Below are positions 7,450 to 14,300 of a DNA stretch of 25,534 nt, one piece after another; the stretch's first letter is position 1; the number at the start of each line of letters is the position of its first letter. The position numbers and the translations under genes were made by a program. This stretch comes from a virus (lineage: Duplodnaviria > Caudoviricetes). The notes under the pieces were generated by a model, which was given only the letters and a program-made list of their open reading frames with translations, ran no database searches and was not told the DNA's origin. The DNA lies in the IMG/VR virus record IMGVR_UViG_3300011339_000787, positions 1 to 25,534 of that record; one strand, given 5' to 3'.

Positions 7450-7677
7450 CTACTTAGCCTCCTTGATTGCGGCGGTGAACAGCGCGCGAATTGATTCAAC
7501 CGAGTAAAGCCTGCGTCCGCGTGTTCTGCCTGGCTCGCAAATCGCCACAGTTTGCACCTGTCCCGCTTTTCCCAGCTTCCAAAGATGGGTACGTGTGAGC
7601 CCGAACATTAATTCGGCCTGCTCATACCCCACCCATTCGGCAAAGGGCGGCTGTTCTGTTTTTTGTGTTGTGTTCAT
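7450..7677 (-). CDS. Small excisionase-like winged-helix DNA-binding protein
   Basis: WVGYEQAELMFGLTRTHLWKL...GRRLYSVESI fits the Xis/AlpA-like pattern. Confidence 0.65.
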   Translation of the reverse strand: MNTTQKTEQPPFAEWVGYEQAELMFGLTRTHLWKLGKAGQVQTVAICEPGRTRGRRLYSVESIRALFTAAIKEAK

Positions 7678-8246
7678 TTTGTTCTCTGCTGGTTTCTTGC
7701 TGCTCTAAAAACTTTGCTGCACGCGGGGCTGCACGTCTTGGCAACGCCGCTGCCTGCTGGCCTCACTGGCCTCACCTGATGGCATATGACGCACTCAGCC
7801 ACCTTTGGCTGCGTCTGCGTGTAGCTGTGTTGAGCTTTGAAGCTCGCTACCTGCATCGTTTGGCTGCACTCTTTAGAGCAGCACACCTTTTTCTTGTCGG
7901 CTGGTCTAAACTCAACCCCGCAGCTTTTGCACGGCTTAATCGGGATCCTGCACACCTGGCACTTGGTCAACGTGCGCTTGTGCCGCTCAAAGCTGCATCC
8001 ACATTCGTCGCACTCGGTTGTCTGCCAATCCAGCAGCGGGCCGCGTTTGACGACCGGCACCGGCACCAGCCCGCTCGGGTCAGGCCGTTTGATAAGCCCT
8101 TGGCGGATTGCTGCTGCCACCAATGCGGGCAACTCGGCCAACTCCGGCTTGAGTGTGTTCTCGGCTAGGCTGCCGAGACGGGCGATGTACCCCTTGTGAT
8201 GGCGACTTGGCGGGCTCCAGTACGGCGCCCCGTTCATGGTGCTCAT
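7674..8246 (-). CDS. Cys-rich multi-zinc-finger protein (190 aa)
   Basis: CDEC...CQVC, CKSC...CCSKEC, CVIC...CSPAC; ATGA overlaps at both ends. Confidence 0.7.
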   Translation of the reverse strand: MSTMNGAPYWSPPSRHHKGYIARLGSLAENTLKPELAELPALVAAAIRQGLIKRPDPSGLVPVPVVKRGPLLDWQTTECDECGCSFERHKRTLTKCQVCRIPIKPCKSCGVEFRPADKKKVCCSKECSQTMQVASFKAQHSYTQTQPKVAECVICHQVRPVRPAGSGVAKTCSPACSKVFRAARNQQRTK

Positions 8247-8452
8247 CGTGTCAGGCGAAGGATGACCCCCACGTTGATGATTGTCAGTGCGGCAAAAATC
8301 AGCGCCTCTACCATGTCATTGGCGCCAGCGAGGGCCAGGATGTCGACGATGGCCAGCATCCAAAAACCAGCGGAAAACAAGATGCTGTGCTTGCGTTTGT
8401 TGGGCGGCGGTGTCGGGCCCTGAAAAGGGCGGGAGTAGTGTGAGGTGGACAT
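8243..8452 (-). CDS. Small two-TM membrane protein (69 aa)
   Basis: Two hydrophobic stretches (ILFSAGFWMLAIVDILALAG; ALIFAALTIINVGVIL); start reassigned to ATG 8452. Confidence 0.65.
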   Translation of the reverse strand: MSTSHYSRPFQGPTPPPNKRKHSILFSAGFWMLAIVDILALAGANDMVEALIFAALTIINVGVILRLTR

Positions 8453-8457
8453 GGCAA

Positions 8458-8682
8458 TTAGGCGAGCTGAAGGCTGTAGCTGCGCCCGCCGTCCCAATGG
8501 CCCTCGGTTGCCACCGCCAGATCTGCCACTGCCTGGGGCAGGTCGCTGAGGTCGTGACCCCTCCACAGGTCAACGTGCAGCGTCGGAGTGGAGTCCTCCG
8601 CAGAGTATTCGCAGACCGCCACATGGGCGGCTAGTTCTGCGGGAATGAGTGCGGCAATATCAGTCAGGAATGCAGTGTTCAT
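8458..8682 (-). CDS. Hypothetical early protein (74 aa), first gene after the ribozyme
   Basis: A-rich leader, operon tiling. Confidence 0.65.
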   Translation of the reverse strand: MNTAFLTDIAALIPAELAAHVAVCEYSAEDSTPTLHVDLWRGHDLSDLPQAVADLAVATEGHWDGGRSYSLQLA

Positions 8683-8711
8683 TTTGTTCTTGGTTCATTG
8701 TTCACTCTGAC

Positions 8712-8763
8712 GGCCTCGTCAGCACCCGCCTTACGGGTGGACGCCCCCTCGGGCGTTTCGGCC
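8712..8763 (-). ncRNA. Type II hammerhead ribozyme
   Basis: Minus strand GGCC-GAAA-CGCCC(GAGG)GGGCG-UC^CACCCG(UAAGG)CGGGUG-CUGACGA-GGCC: all core nucleotides (CUGANGA, GAAA, GUC) and three stems present; intergenic and sense to flanking genes. Confidence 0.92.
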
Positions 8764-8767
8764 TTAA

Positions 8768-8989
8768 TTAAGAGTTTAGACGGGCATTCACAATGTGCTT
8801 TGCCATCTTCAGGCTAGCCTCACTGTCACTCATATTCTCCTCTCCGGGAGCATAAATATTCCACTCAACCTGTCCCTCCGCGTCGTTCAAAGACGCGTAG
8901 TCAAATCTGCGGATCGTGTAGCCCCTGTAAAGGTATTCTCCGGCTGTTATTTTCGTGGCTGTGTGCTGTTGCTTCTTGGTTGCTTTCAT
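8768..8989 (-). CDS. Hypothetical early protein (73 aa), predicted leaderless
   Basis: ATG 7 nt downstream of a TAAGAT -10 box; KITAGEYLYRGYTI is a small beta-rich phage-type sequence. Confidence 0.7.
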   Translation of the reverse strand: MKATKKQQHTATKITAGEYLYRGYTIRRFDYASLNDAEGQVEWNIYAPGEENMSDSEASLKMAKHIVNARLNS

Positions 8990-8996
8990 GGCGCTG

Positions 8997-9046
8997 ATCT
9001 TAGTCGGTTGCGTACGGTTGGCTAGCTTTTTGTAAGATTATTTTTA
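8997..9046 (-). promoter_or_regulatory. Early promoter P1: AT-rich UP element, TAGCCA-N16-TAAGAT
   Basis: -10 at 8997-9002, -35-like at 9019-9024; shares an exact 20-mer (9011-9030) with P2. Confidence 0.7.
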
Positions 9047-9052
9047 AGGGGG

Positions 9053-9077
9053 AAAGGAAGCCCCCCTTGCGGGGGGC
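9053..9077 (-). terminator. Intrinsic terminator after the 60-aa gene
   Basis: GCCCCCC-GCAA-GGGGGGC hairpin followed by UUCCUUU. Confidence 0.65.
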
Positions 9078-9084
9078 GGGTGGT

Positions 9085-9267
9085 TTAGTTTTTGCGAAAA
9101 ATCTCAGAACCAATGTTGAGATATTCAGCGTCTAGTTTTTTGAATAAATCCCATTGGCAGAGGCTGGCGGCCACCAAGGCCAGTCGCTTGACCATCTGCT
9201 GCTTGTCTTCAAGCGTTGTGATTTTTTCGATTTTTGCGTGGAAGGCGATGTAGTCGTTCGTTGTCAT
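9085..9267 (-). CDS. Hypothetical early protein (60 aa), monocistronic and predicted leaderless
   Basis: Bracketed by promoter P2 (ATG 6 nt after the -10) and a terminator. Confidence 0.7.
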   Translation of the reverse strand: MTTNDYIAFHAKIEKITTLEDKQQMVKRLALVAASLCQWDLFKKLDAEYLNIGSEIFRKN

Positions 9268-9273
9268 GCGCCC

Positions 9274-9323
9274 ATCTTATCCCCTGCCGTACGGTTGGCT
9301 AGCTTTTATTTAATTTATTTTTA
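9274..9323 (-). promoter_or_regulatory. Early promoter P2: AT-rich UP element, TAGCCA-N16-TAAGAT
   Basis: -10 at 9274-9279, -35-like at 9296-9301; exact 20-mer at 9288-9307 identical to P1. Confidence 0.7.
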
Positions 9324-9463
9324 GCCCTCCTTAAAGCGTTGGCAACGCTGCGGTTAGGACGCGGCTTGCGTGCGTTTTCCCGTGCGGCCTGTGCTTTTTT
9401 TTCACTTTTTGCACTGCCTCCCAGGCTGGCAATCCGTCGGCAAACGTCAGCGCGCGTTTCCAT
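9299..9463 (-). CDS. Small very basic protein (54 aa), not in the ORF track
   Basis: Hand translation METRADVCRRIASLGGSAKSEKKAQAARENARKPRPNRSVANALRRAKNKLNKS; overlaps the end of the DUF3310 gene and fills the gap. Confidence 0.65.
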   Translation of the reverse strand: METRADVCRRIASLGGSAKSEKKAQAARENARKPRPNRSVANALRRAKNKLNKS

Positions 9464-9674
9464 GGTGATTTAACCTGTTGATTTCGCGCTCGATATACCA
9501 AATCGCCTTGCGCAAATCCTGCACGGCGTCGCCTTTACTGCCAGCGCGCCACAGGTATTTGATCGCGTTGCCGATGCAGAAGTTGTGGTGCTCGGTCACC
9601 GTAATGCATTCCACCCCGGACGGATGCCCGGTGTAATGCGGAGGATGGTTTACGGGGTCATTAGGTGGCTTCAT
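9447..9674 (-). CDS. DUF3310 (SaV-like) phage protein
   Basis: DPVNHPPHY...ECI...FCIGNAIKYLWRAG.K...DLRKAIWYI is the DUF3310 signature. Confidence 0.9.
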   Translation of the reverse strand: MKPPNDPVNHPPHYTGHPSGVECITVTEHHNFCIGNAIKYLWRAGSKGDAVQDLRKAIWYIEREINRLNHHGNAR

Positions 9675-9680
9675 GCGCCC

Positions 9681-9708
9681 ACCTTACCCAACCGCCCACC
9701 GCTGTCTA
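9681..9708 (-). promoter_or_regulatory. Promoter P3: TAGACA-N16-TAAGGT, leaderless for the DUF3310 gene
   Basis: Same box spacing as P1/P2 and the same GGGCGC-ATG junction as P2; lacks the AT-rich UP element. Confidence 0.55.
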
Positions 9709-9727
9709 CAGCCAACCGCAGCCCAAA

Positions 9728-9829
9728 GTCGCAAGTGCCTTTGTTTCATGGGGAAAACATGAGCCCCGTCGCAGGCTCTCCCTGCGCACCATACGGCAGA
9801 TTGCTGGGATCCAAAGCGGCACTCCCGAC
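9728..9829 (-). ncRNA. Candidate multibranch structured RNA after the endolysin gene
   Basis: Closing helix GUCG/CGAC, GAGUGCC/GGCACUU, UUUG/CAAA enclosing CCGU/ACGG + CGCAGG/CCUGCG and UCAUG/CAUGA hairpins. Confidence 0.5.
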
Positions 9830-9836
9830 GCTTAAT

Positions 9837-10439
9837 CTACTCGCCAGCCGGTACAAGTCCAGCCTCGAACAGTTCGGCCTCCTCGCGGCGGCGCCTGCGC
9901 AGCCCTGCGGTGTCAGGCCAGAGCCGCTGCATTTCGCGAATCGCGTGCGGAATCTGTTTTAGCTCACCTACGCGGAGCAGACCTTGAATTTCGGCCATCT
10001 CCCTGCGCCGGTCGCCCGTCAGGGATGCGCCACGGTTGAACACCATCGACACGAGCGCCGCAGCACAATCGCCCGGCAGCTCCACAACCTGCGGCCAAAT
10101 GCGGAGCGTCCGCATGTACCAGGTCGGCAGCGTCACGGTCTCGAAGACGGCCATGGCAGCGGCCCAGGGTACTACTAGATGCCTGACATGTGGGAGGACT
10201 ACCTGCGCTTGCTCGCCCTTGCGCCCCGAGACGCTCACCAGCAGCGCCAGCGTTGCAGAGTCTAGATGCGGCACCCATGCTCGGCTCGTCTCGGTGGCAG
10301 GAGTATGGCCTAAGTCCCAGCCGATGCCGATGGTGATGCCAGACTGCTCGCCCGGCCATTCGGGGTTGCGGTCGTAACAGGATTCGCCTCCTGTCTCCCA
10401 GCCGATGATTGATTTGATGCCGCGCTCACTAAGATTCAT
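9837..10439 (-). CDS. Endolysin, lysozyme-like (GH24/pesticin-C type muramidase)
   Basis: IIGWETGG (catalytic Glu position), SGITIGIGWDLG, ALVSMVFNRG, GLRRRRREEAELF. Confidence 0.85.
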   Translation of the reverse strand: MNLSERGIKSIIGWETGGESCYDRNPEWPGEQSGITIGIGWDLGHTPATETSRAWVPHLDSATLALLVSVSGRKGEQAQVVLPHVRHLVVPWAAAMAVFETVTLPTWYMRTLRIWPQVVELPGDCAAALVSMVFNRGASLTGDRRREMAEIQGLLRVGELKQIPHAIREMQRLWPDTAGLRRRRREEAELFEAGLVPAGE

Positions 10440-10653
10440 CGTCGTCCTCCTCCTCGGTTAGTTCTGCTTCTGTCGGATGCTCCGACCACCGTAGCGCCTG
10501 GTACATTCGTGCGTAAAGGCTGCCGCTCCCAGCCTCAAAGGTCTGGTACGTGTCGGTGTCGCTGTCGTGCGCAAGTATCTGGACGCAATCAAAATGCTCG
10601 CCTAAATCGGCGGCAATGCGCTGCAGGTACGCCTGCTTTTCATCTGTGGTCAT
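10429..10653 (-). CDS. Hypothetical acidic protein (74 aa)
   Basis: Overlaps both neighbours; operon tiling. Confidence 0.7.
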   Translation of the reverse strand: MTTDEKQAYLQRIAADLGEHFDCVQILAHDSDTDTYQTFEAGSGSLYARMYQALRWSEHPTEAELTEEEDDDES

Positions 10654-10871
10654 AGTTTTCCTGTGTGGTAGTGGTTTGCAAGAATCACCTTATTGTCCCG
10701 CGTCAAAGTGCGGTACTTTTTGCATTCCCACTTTTTGCGGATCACAAGGTTCTCGGCCATCCCGCGCTTGATGCCGAGTTTATCCATTAATTCGATTAGC
10801 GTGTACCAGCCCACGGGCGGATGTTCGCCCACTAGTTCCGCTTTAAGTAGTTCTAACAACGTGCTTTTCAT
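10650..10871 (-). CDS. Hypothetical protein (73 aa), possible winged HTH
   Basis: GWYTLIELMDKLGIKRGMAENLV; ATGA overlaps. Confidence 0.65.
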   Translation of the reverse strand: MKSTLLELLKAELVGEHPPVGWYTLIELMDKLGIKRGMAENLVIRKKWECKKYRTLTRDNKVILANHYHTGKL

Positions 10872-11617
10872 ACGGGTAGACGAAAGTCACCGGCGTGCGT
10901 TTCTTTTGCCAGCCAGACAACGGTTTCGGAGTCGCAGTATTCTCCCCAGGCAAATCCCCTGCTCCATGAGGTAGTTGCGCGCCGGTTGGCCGCGTAGCCC
11001 ATCGCGTTTTTATCCCCCAGCCAGCCTACACAATACCCAGTAGGATGCGCCCGATTGCGCCCCTCGGCCTGCATGACGCGGTGCAGGTGTGCAATCACGA
11101 CCTTGCTGGCAGTTCCGCCGCACACGGCCTCGGCGTGATCGCGCACGGCAGCCTCATTCGTCATATAACCATGGCCCAGCAGCGTATCTCCAATCTGGCG
11201 CCACCCGTTTTGGAAATTATAGTCCACCACCTCGCACCGCATCCGTTTGGCCTGGTCGGTGATCTGGTTCATCACACGGCCCGCCAGTGCGGCTACAATG
11301 GCACGCGGTGATTCCATAAGCGTGTTTAATCGCGCTTCGTGGTTGCCCAGAAAGTAGAGTCGCGGCTCCAGTTGATGCAGGAACGCGAGCCCGTCCTGTA
11401 GGTCAGACTCGGGATCCACGGCAGAATCCGCACTGTCAATTCCCGCGCCCCCGCGAAGGCAGGCTAGGTCCACAGCATCCCCCAAATGGATCGTCGTGTG
11501 CGGCTTCCATCGTGTTTTAAACGCCAGCACGCGCTTAAGCAGCGCCTGGTCGGCGTGGTGCCCGTGGCTGCACCCGACGGCCAAGAATCGCTTCCAGCTT
11601 CGGGTGATGTTTGCCAT
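10868..11617 (-). CDS. Calcineurin-like metallophosphoesterase
   Basis: Motifs GCSHG, LGDAVD, GNHE, GHG and AHLH in canonical order. Confidence 0.85.
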   Translation of the reverse strand: MANITRSWKRFLAVGCSHGHHADQALLKRVLAFKTRWKPHTTIHLGDAVDLACLRGGAGIDSADSAVDPESDLQDGLAFLHQLEPRLYFLGNHEARLNTLMESPRAIVAALAGRVMNQITDQAKRMRCEVVDYNFQNGWRQIGDTLLGHGYMTNEAAVRDHAEAVCGGTASKVVIAHLHRVMQAEGRNRAHPTGYCVGWLGDKNAMGYAANRRATTSWSRGFAWGEYCDSETVVWLAKETHAGDFRLPV

Positions 11618-11788
11618 CTATTTACGGAGGCTGCGTATCGTTTCCACAATCTTCAGCGCCGTGAAAACCGCCGCCAGCAGACAGCCAGTGACGCGCACCC
11701 ATTGCTCTACCTCGGACAGCGAGAGTGCCAACGCGCTGACGTTGGCAAGGTTAACCGTTGCGAGGTCGTAGAAATGGCGGCTAGACAC
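11618..11788 (-). CDS. Small holin-like membrane protein (about 56 aa)
   Basis: Hydrophobic segments and basic C-terminus (IRSLRK); GTG start at 11788 is inferred (track ORF begins at 11845). Confidence 0.55.
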   Translation of the reverse strand: MSSRHFYDLATVNLANVSALALSLSEVEQWVRVTGCLLAAVFTALKIVETIRSLRK

Positions 11789-12014
11789 GGGCAAGGAAGG
11801 TTGATCCCGCCCCTGGCACTGTTGGCAGTCTTCCGGCGGCGTCATAAATTCCAGAGTAGGGCATGATTTTGTCGGGAGGCAGCCCGACGCCGTCAGTTCC
11901 CGCCGGGGGGAGGATTCTTTTTGCGACCGATAGGACTACGAGTCCTGCGGGCGGGGTTGCGCCGAGGTAGCGCGCTTGCATCGCGGGAATTACGGGGACC
12001 GGCAAAATTGTCAT
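11781..12014 (-). CDS. Proline-rich hypothetical protein (77 aa)
   Basis: Fills the gap in the lysis cluster; overlaps the 3' part of the upstream membrane-protein ORF in another frame. Confidence 0.55.
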   Translation of the reverse strand: MTILPVPVIPAMQARYLGATPPAGLVVLSVAKRILPPAGTDGVGLPPDKIMPYSGIYDAAGRLPTVPGAGSTFLARV

Positions 12015-12147
12015 ATCGTTTTAAAAGCTGTTTTCCGAAATAGCCGACAAAGGCGCCGAGGATGCCCGCAACGATAGCCCAGACCCCCGGTGCTACGGAA
12101 GATGCGATTGCTAGCAGCATGGAAAGGTTGCCGGGTGTGATGCTCAT
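11893..12147 (-). CDS. Small membrane protein (84 aa)
   Basis: ATGA-coupled start at 12147; hydrophobic N-half (VWAIVAGILGAFVGYFG) and a basic tail. Confidence 0.55.
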   Translation of the reverse strand: MSITPGNLSMLLAIASSVAPGVWAIVAGILGAFVGYFGKQLLKRYDNFAGPRNSRDASALPRRNPARRTRSPIGRKKNPPPGGN

Positions 12148-12629
12148 TTCTTTTCGCCTCCCTGCGGGAAGTGACTGGCGCCGTAGTAGAAAGCCACAAT
12201 AGAGCCCCATGCCGTTGTCAGGCTACCGAGCAGCAGCGTCAGCCCCTCGGAGTTGCCAAGTTCCAACCTGTGAGACATTAGGCCGATGAGGATGGCAAAG
12301 TACCCAACGGTGACGCTACACGCCAGTGCCGACGGCACCCATGAGCCCGTAGTCGTCTGCATGTCTCGCGCGTTGTTGCGGTCCTCGGCAGCGAGTTTTT
12401 CGGCGTCAATTCCAAGCTCGGCCATGCGGGTCTTAAGTTGCATGTCCGCAGCCTGCAGCGCGGCGATCTGTTCCGCTGTCAGGTTGCCCGAGGTCAGCGC
12501 CCGCTGCACCTTGTCGGCTGTCGCGTCACTCATTCCAAGCGCCTTCCCAACGGCCTCCACGGCAGCCCCGCCTAGGGGTCCACCAAGGAGATTGCCGATC
12601 GTGGGGAGAAGTTTTGCGAGGAAGGACAT
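12144..12629 (-). CDS. Holin-like membrane protein (161 aa)
   Basis: N-terminal Gly-rich amphipathic helix (LLGGPLGGAA), central coiled coil, two C-terminal TMs ending FYYGAS; first gene after the fibres. Confidence 0.65.
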   Translation of the reverse strand: MSFLAKLLPTIGNLLGGPLGGAAVEAVGKALGMSDATADKVQRALTSGNLTAEQIAALQAADMQLKTRMAELGIDAEKLAAEDRNNARDMQTTTGSWVPSALACSVTVGYFAILIGLMSHRLELGNSEGLTLLLGSLTTAWGSIVAFYYGASHFPQGGEKK

Positions 12630-14299
12630 TAGAAGTAGGTGGTGACAATTACGATCCCTTGCGCGCCGTTGCCGCCTGCACCAGAATTTCCAACGCCGTC
12701 AAGTGCTGCTCCACCACCACCACCTCCCCCGCCGTAAAGCCCACCGTTGCCACCGTTGCCTGCGTTGCCGGTGACGCTGGACCCGCCGCCTGCGCCTGCG
12801 CTGCCACTCGCAGTAAACCCTATTGTGACGCTTGGAGCAGATCCGCCATTGCCTCCAATTGTTCCGCCGGAGGCAGTGCCACCAGTAAGCCAACTGCCAA
12901 GCTGCGTTCCTCCTGAGCTTCCGGTAAATCCAACCGTTGCAGAAGCTGGAAGTCCCCCGCCAGCGCCGCCGCCAGCGCCGCCGACAGTCATGTTTGAGCC
13001 GCTAGAAAGAACTCCTGCCCCTGCGCCTCCCGCAGATCCGTTAGCCCCTTGAAACATGGCGCGCGCGCTCGAAGAAGCCCCAGCAGGTCCACTTGCGGTT
13101 GTTGCAGCCGCAGCACCTCCGCCGCCCGAAACTTGTATCCACGCTCCAAAGGAAGAGTTTCCTCCATTAACGCCAGCGTTTCCGTTTGTGGTATTAACCG
13201 TTACTGAAGCGCCACCAGTCCCCCCGCTTCCAACGACAACAGTTTCAGTCGATCCTAAAATTGCAGCCGCAATATCACGGACTGAATATGATCCGCCACC
13301 CCCTCCACCACCGCCTGATGCTTGAGATGTGACGCCCGCTTTGCGACCAGAGGCTCCGCCGCCGCCGCCAGAAATTACGACGACATTTACGGATTTTGCG
13401 TTTTCTGGTTTTGTCCACGTGAACGTCCCCGCCGTTGCGTAGACATCCACCTGAGCCTGTGCAGCCTTGGCGCCCAGCGCGGTTGTCAGCCCGCTAATTT
13501 TGCTCTGCGCAATAGCCGCAGCCGGGTCCACATCAGCGTCCACCAAAAGGCTTGCTGGCGATTGCAGCACCCCTGCGGTGTTCTTCCAAAGTCCCGTGCC
13601 GCCCACTAGCCCGAGCGAGGTGTGAACGTGGCTCGGCGTGTTGTCCCCGAACTGGGCCGTCACCGTGTGCCCGTTGGCTGTGGCGAGCGCCTCGATGGCA
13701 ACGTAAATGCGGTCAGTCGCCAGCAGTGTGGTCTGCTCCACCAGCATCGAAAGTGCGTACTGCGCCGACGTGTCAGTAATTACCTGCACTGCCGATGTCG
13801 CCAGCGGCGTCAGGGTCGTGCCATTGTAAATGTAGGCCCGCGTGCGAATGCTGTTGCTGTGGTTTTGGTCAGCCACGCCCAGCGCCCAGACGTTAAAGTC
13901 CCACAGCCCTGCCGGGATGAGCGTTGTCGCAGGATCCTGCGGTGTCACCTCGGACACAAAGCCAGCCACCAGCGTCCATGTGTCGGGCGTCAGCGTGCCA
14001 GTCGTCACGTCCACCTGCGTCACCTGCCCCGTGCGCCCAAGTTGCTTAGGCGTGCCGGGGATGCCGGTCACCGGGGCGTCTGCGTCGGTGCTCTGGTTGA
14101 GATAATACGTTAATCCGTTTGCGCCACCGCCGCCTCCGCTAGAGGGTGTTGCCGGTGCCCAGGCTGTGCCGTTCCAGACGAGCGTCTGCCCAGCAGTCGG
14201 TGCAGTGCCTGCCAGCGGTTGAGCTTTGAGCTTGTCCACACTGGTCGAGTGCAGGCCGCCGGAAACGTCGCCGGTTAGGATTGGAGAGTTAAGAGGCAT
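12629..14299 (-). CDS. Tail fibre/spike with a glycine-rich C-terminal domain (556 aa)
   Basis: GTFTWTKP...VVVISGGGGG...GAQGIVIV brackets a Gly-rich (polyglycine II-type) domain; N-terminal adaptor motif GQTLVWNGTAW. Confidence 0.8.
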   Translation of the reverse strand: MPLNSPILTGDVSGGLHSTSVDKLKAQPLAGTAPTAGQTLVWNGTAWAPATPSSGGGGGANGLTYYLNQSTDADAPVTGIPGTPKQLGRTGQVTQVDVTTGTLTPDTWTLVAGFVSEVTPQDPATTLIPAGLWDFNVWALGVADQNHSNSIRTRAYIYNGTTLTPLATSAVQVITDTSAQYALSMLVEQTTLLATDRIYVAIEALATANGHTVTAQFGDNTPSHVHTSLGLVGGTGLWKNTAGVLQSPASLLVDADVDPAAAIAQSKISGLTTALGAKAAQAQVDVYATAGTFTWTKPENAKSVNVVVISGGGGGASGRKAGVTSQASGGGGGGGGSYSVRDIAAAILGSTETVVVGSGGTGGASVTVNTTNGNAGVNGGNSSFGAWIQVSGGGGAAAATTASGPAGASSSARAMFQGANGSAGGAGAGVLSSGSNMTVGGAGGGAGGGLPASATVGFTGSSGGTQLGSWLTGGTASGGTIGGNGGSAPSVTIGFTASGSAGAGGGSSVTGNAGNGGNGGLYGGGGGGGGAALDGVGNSGAGGNGAQGIVIVTTYF

Positions 14300-14300
14300 G

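Noticed and set aside
7450-7677. Evidence of an integration module
   Set aside because: Only an Xis-like HTH is present; no integrase or att-like site is seen in the window.
11781-12014. Canonical o-spanin (Rz1)
   Set aside because: No cysteine or lipobox in the protein.
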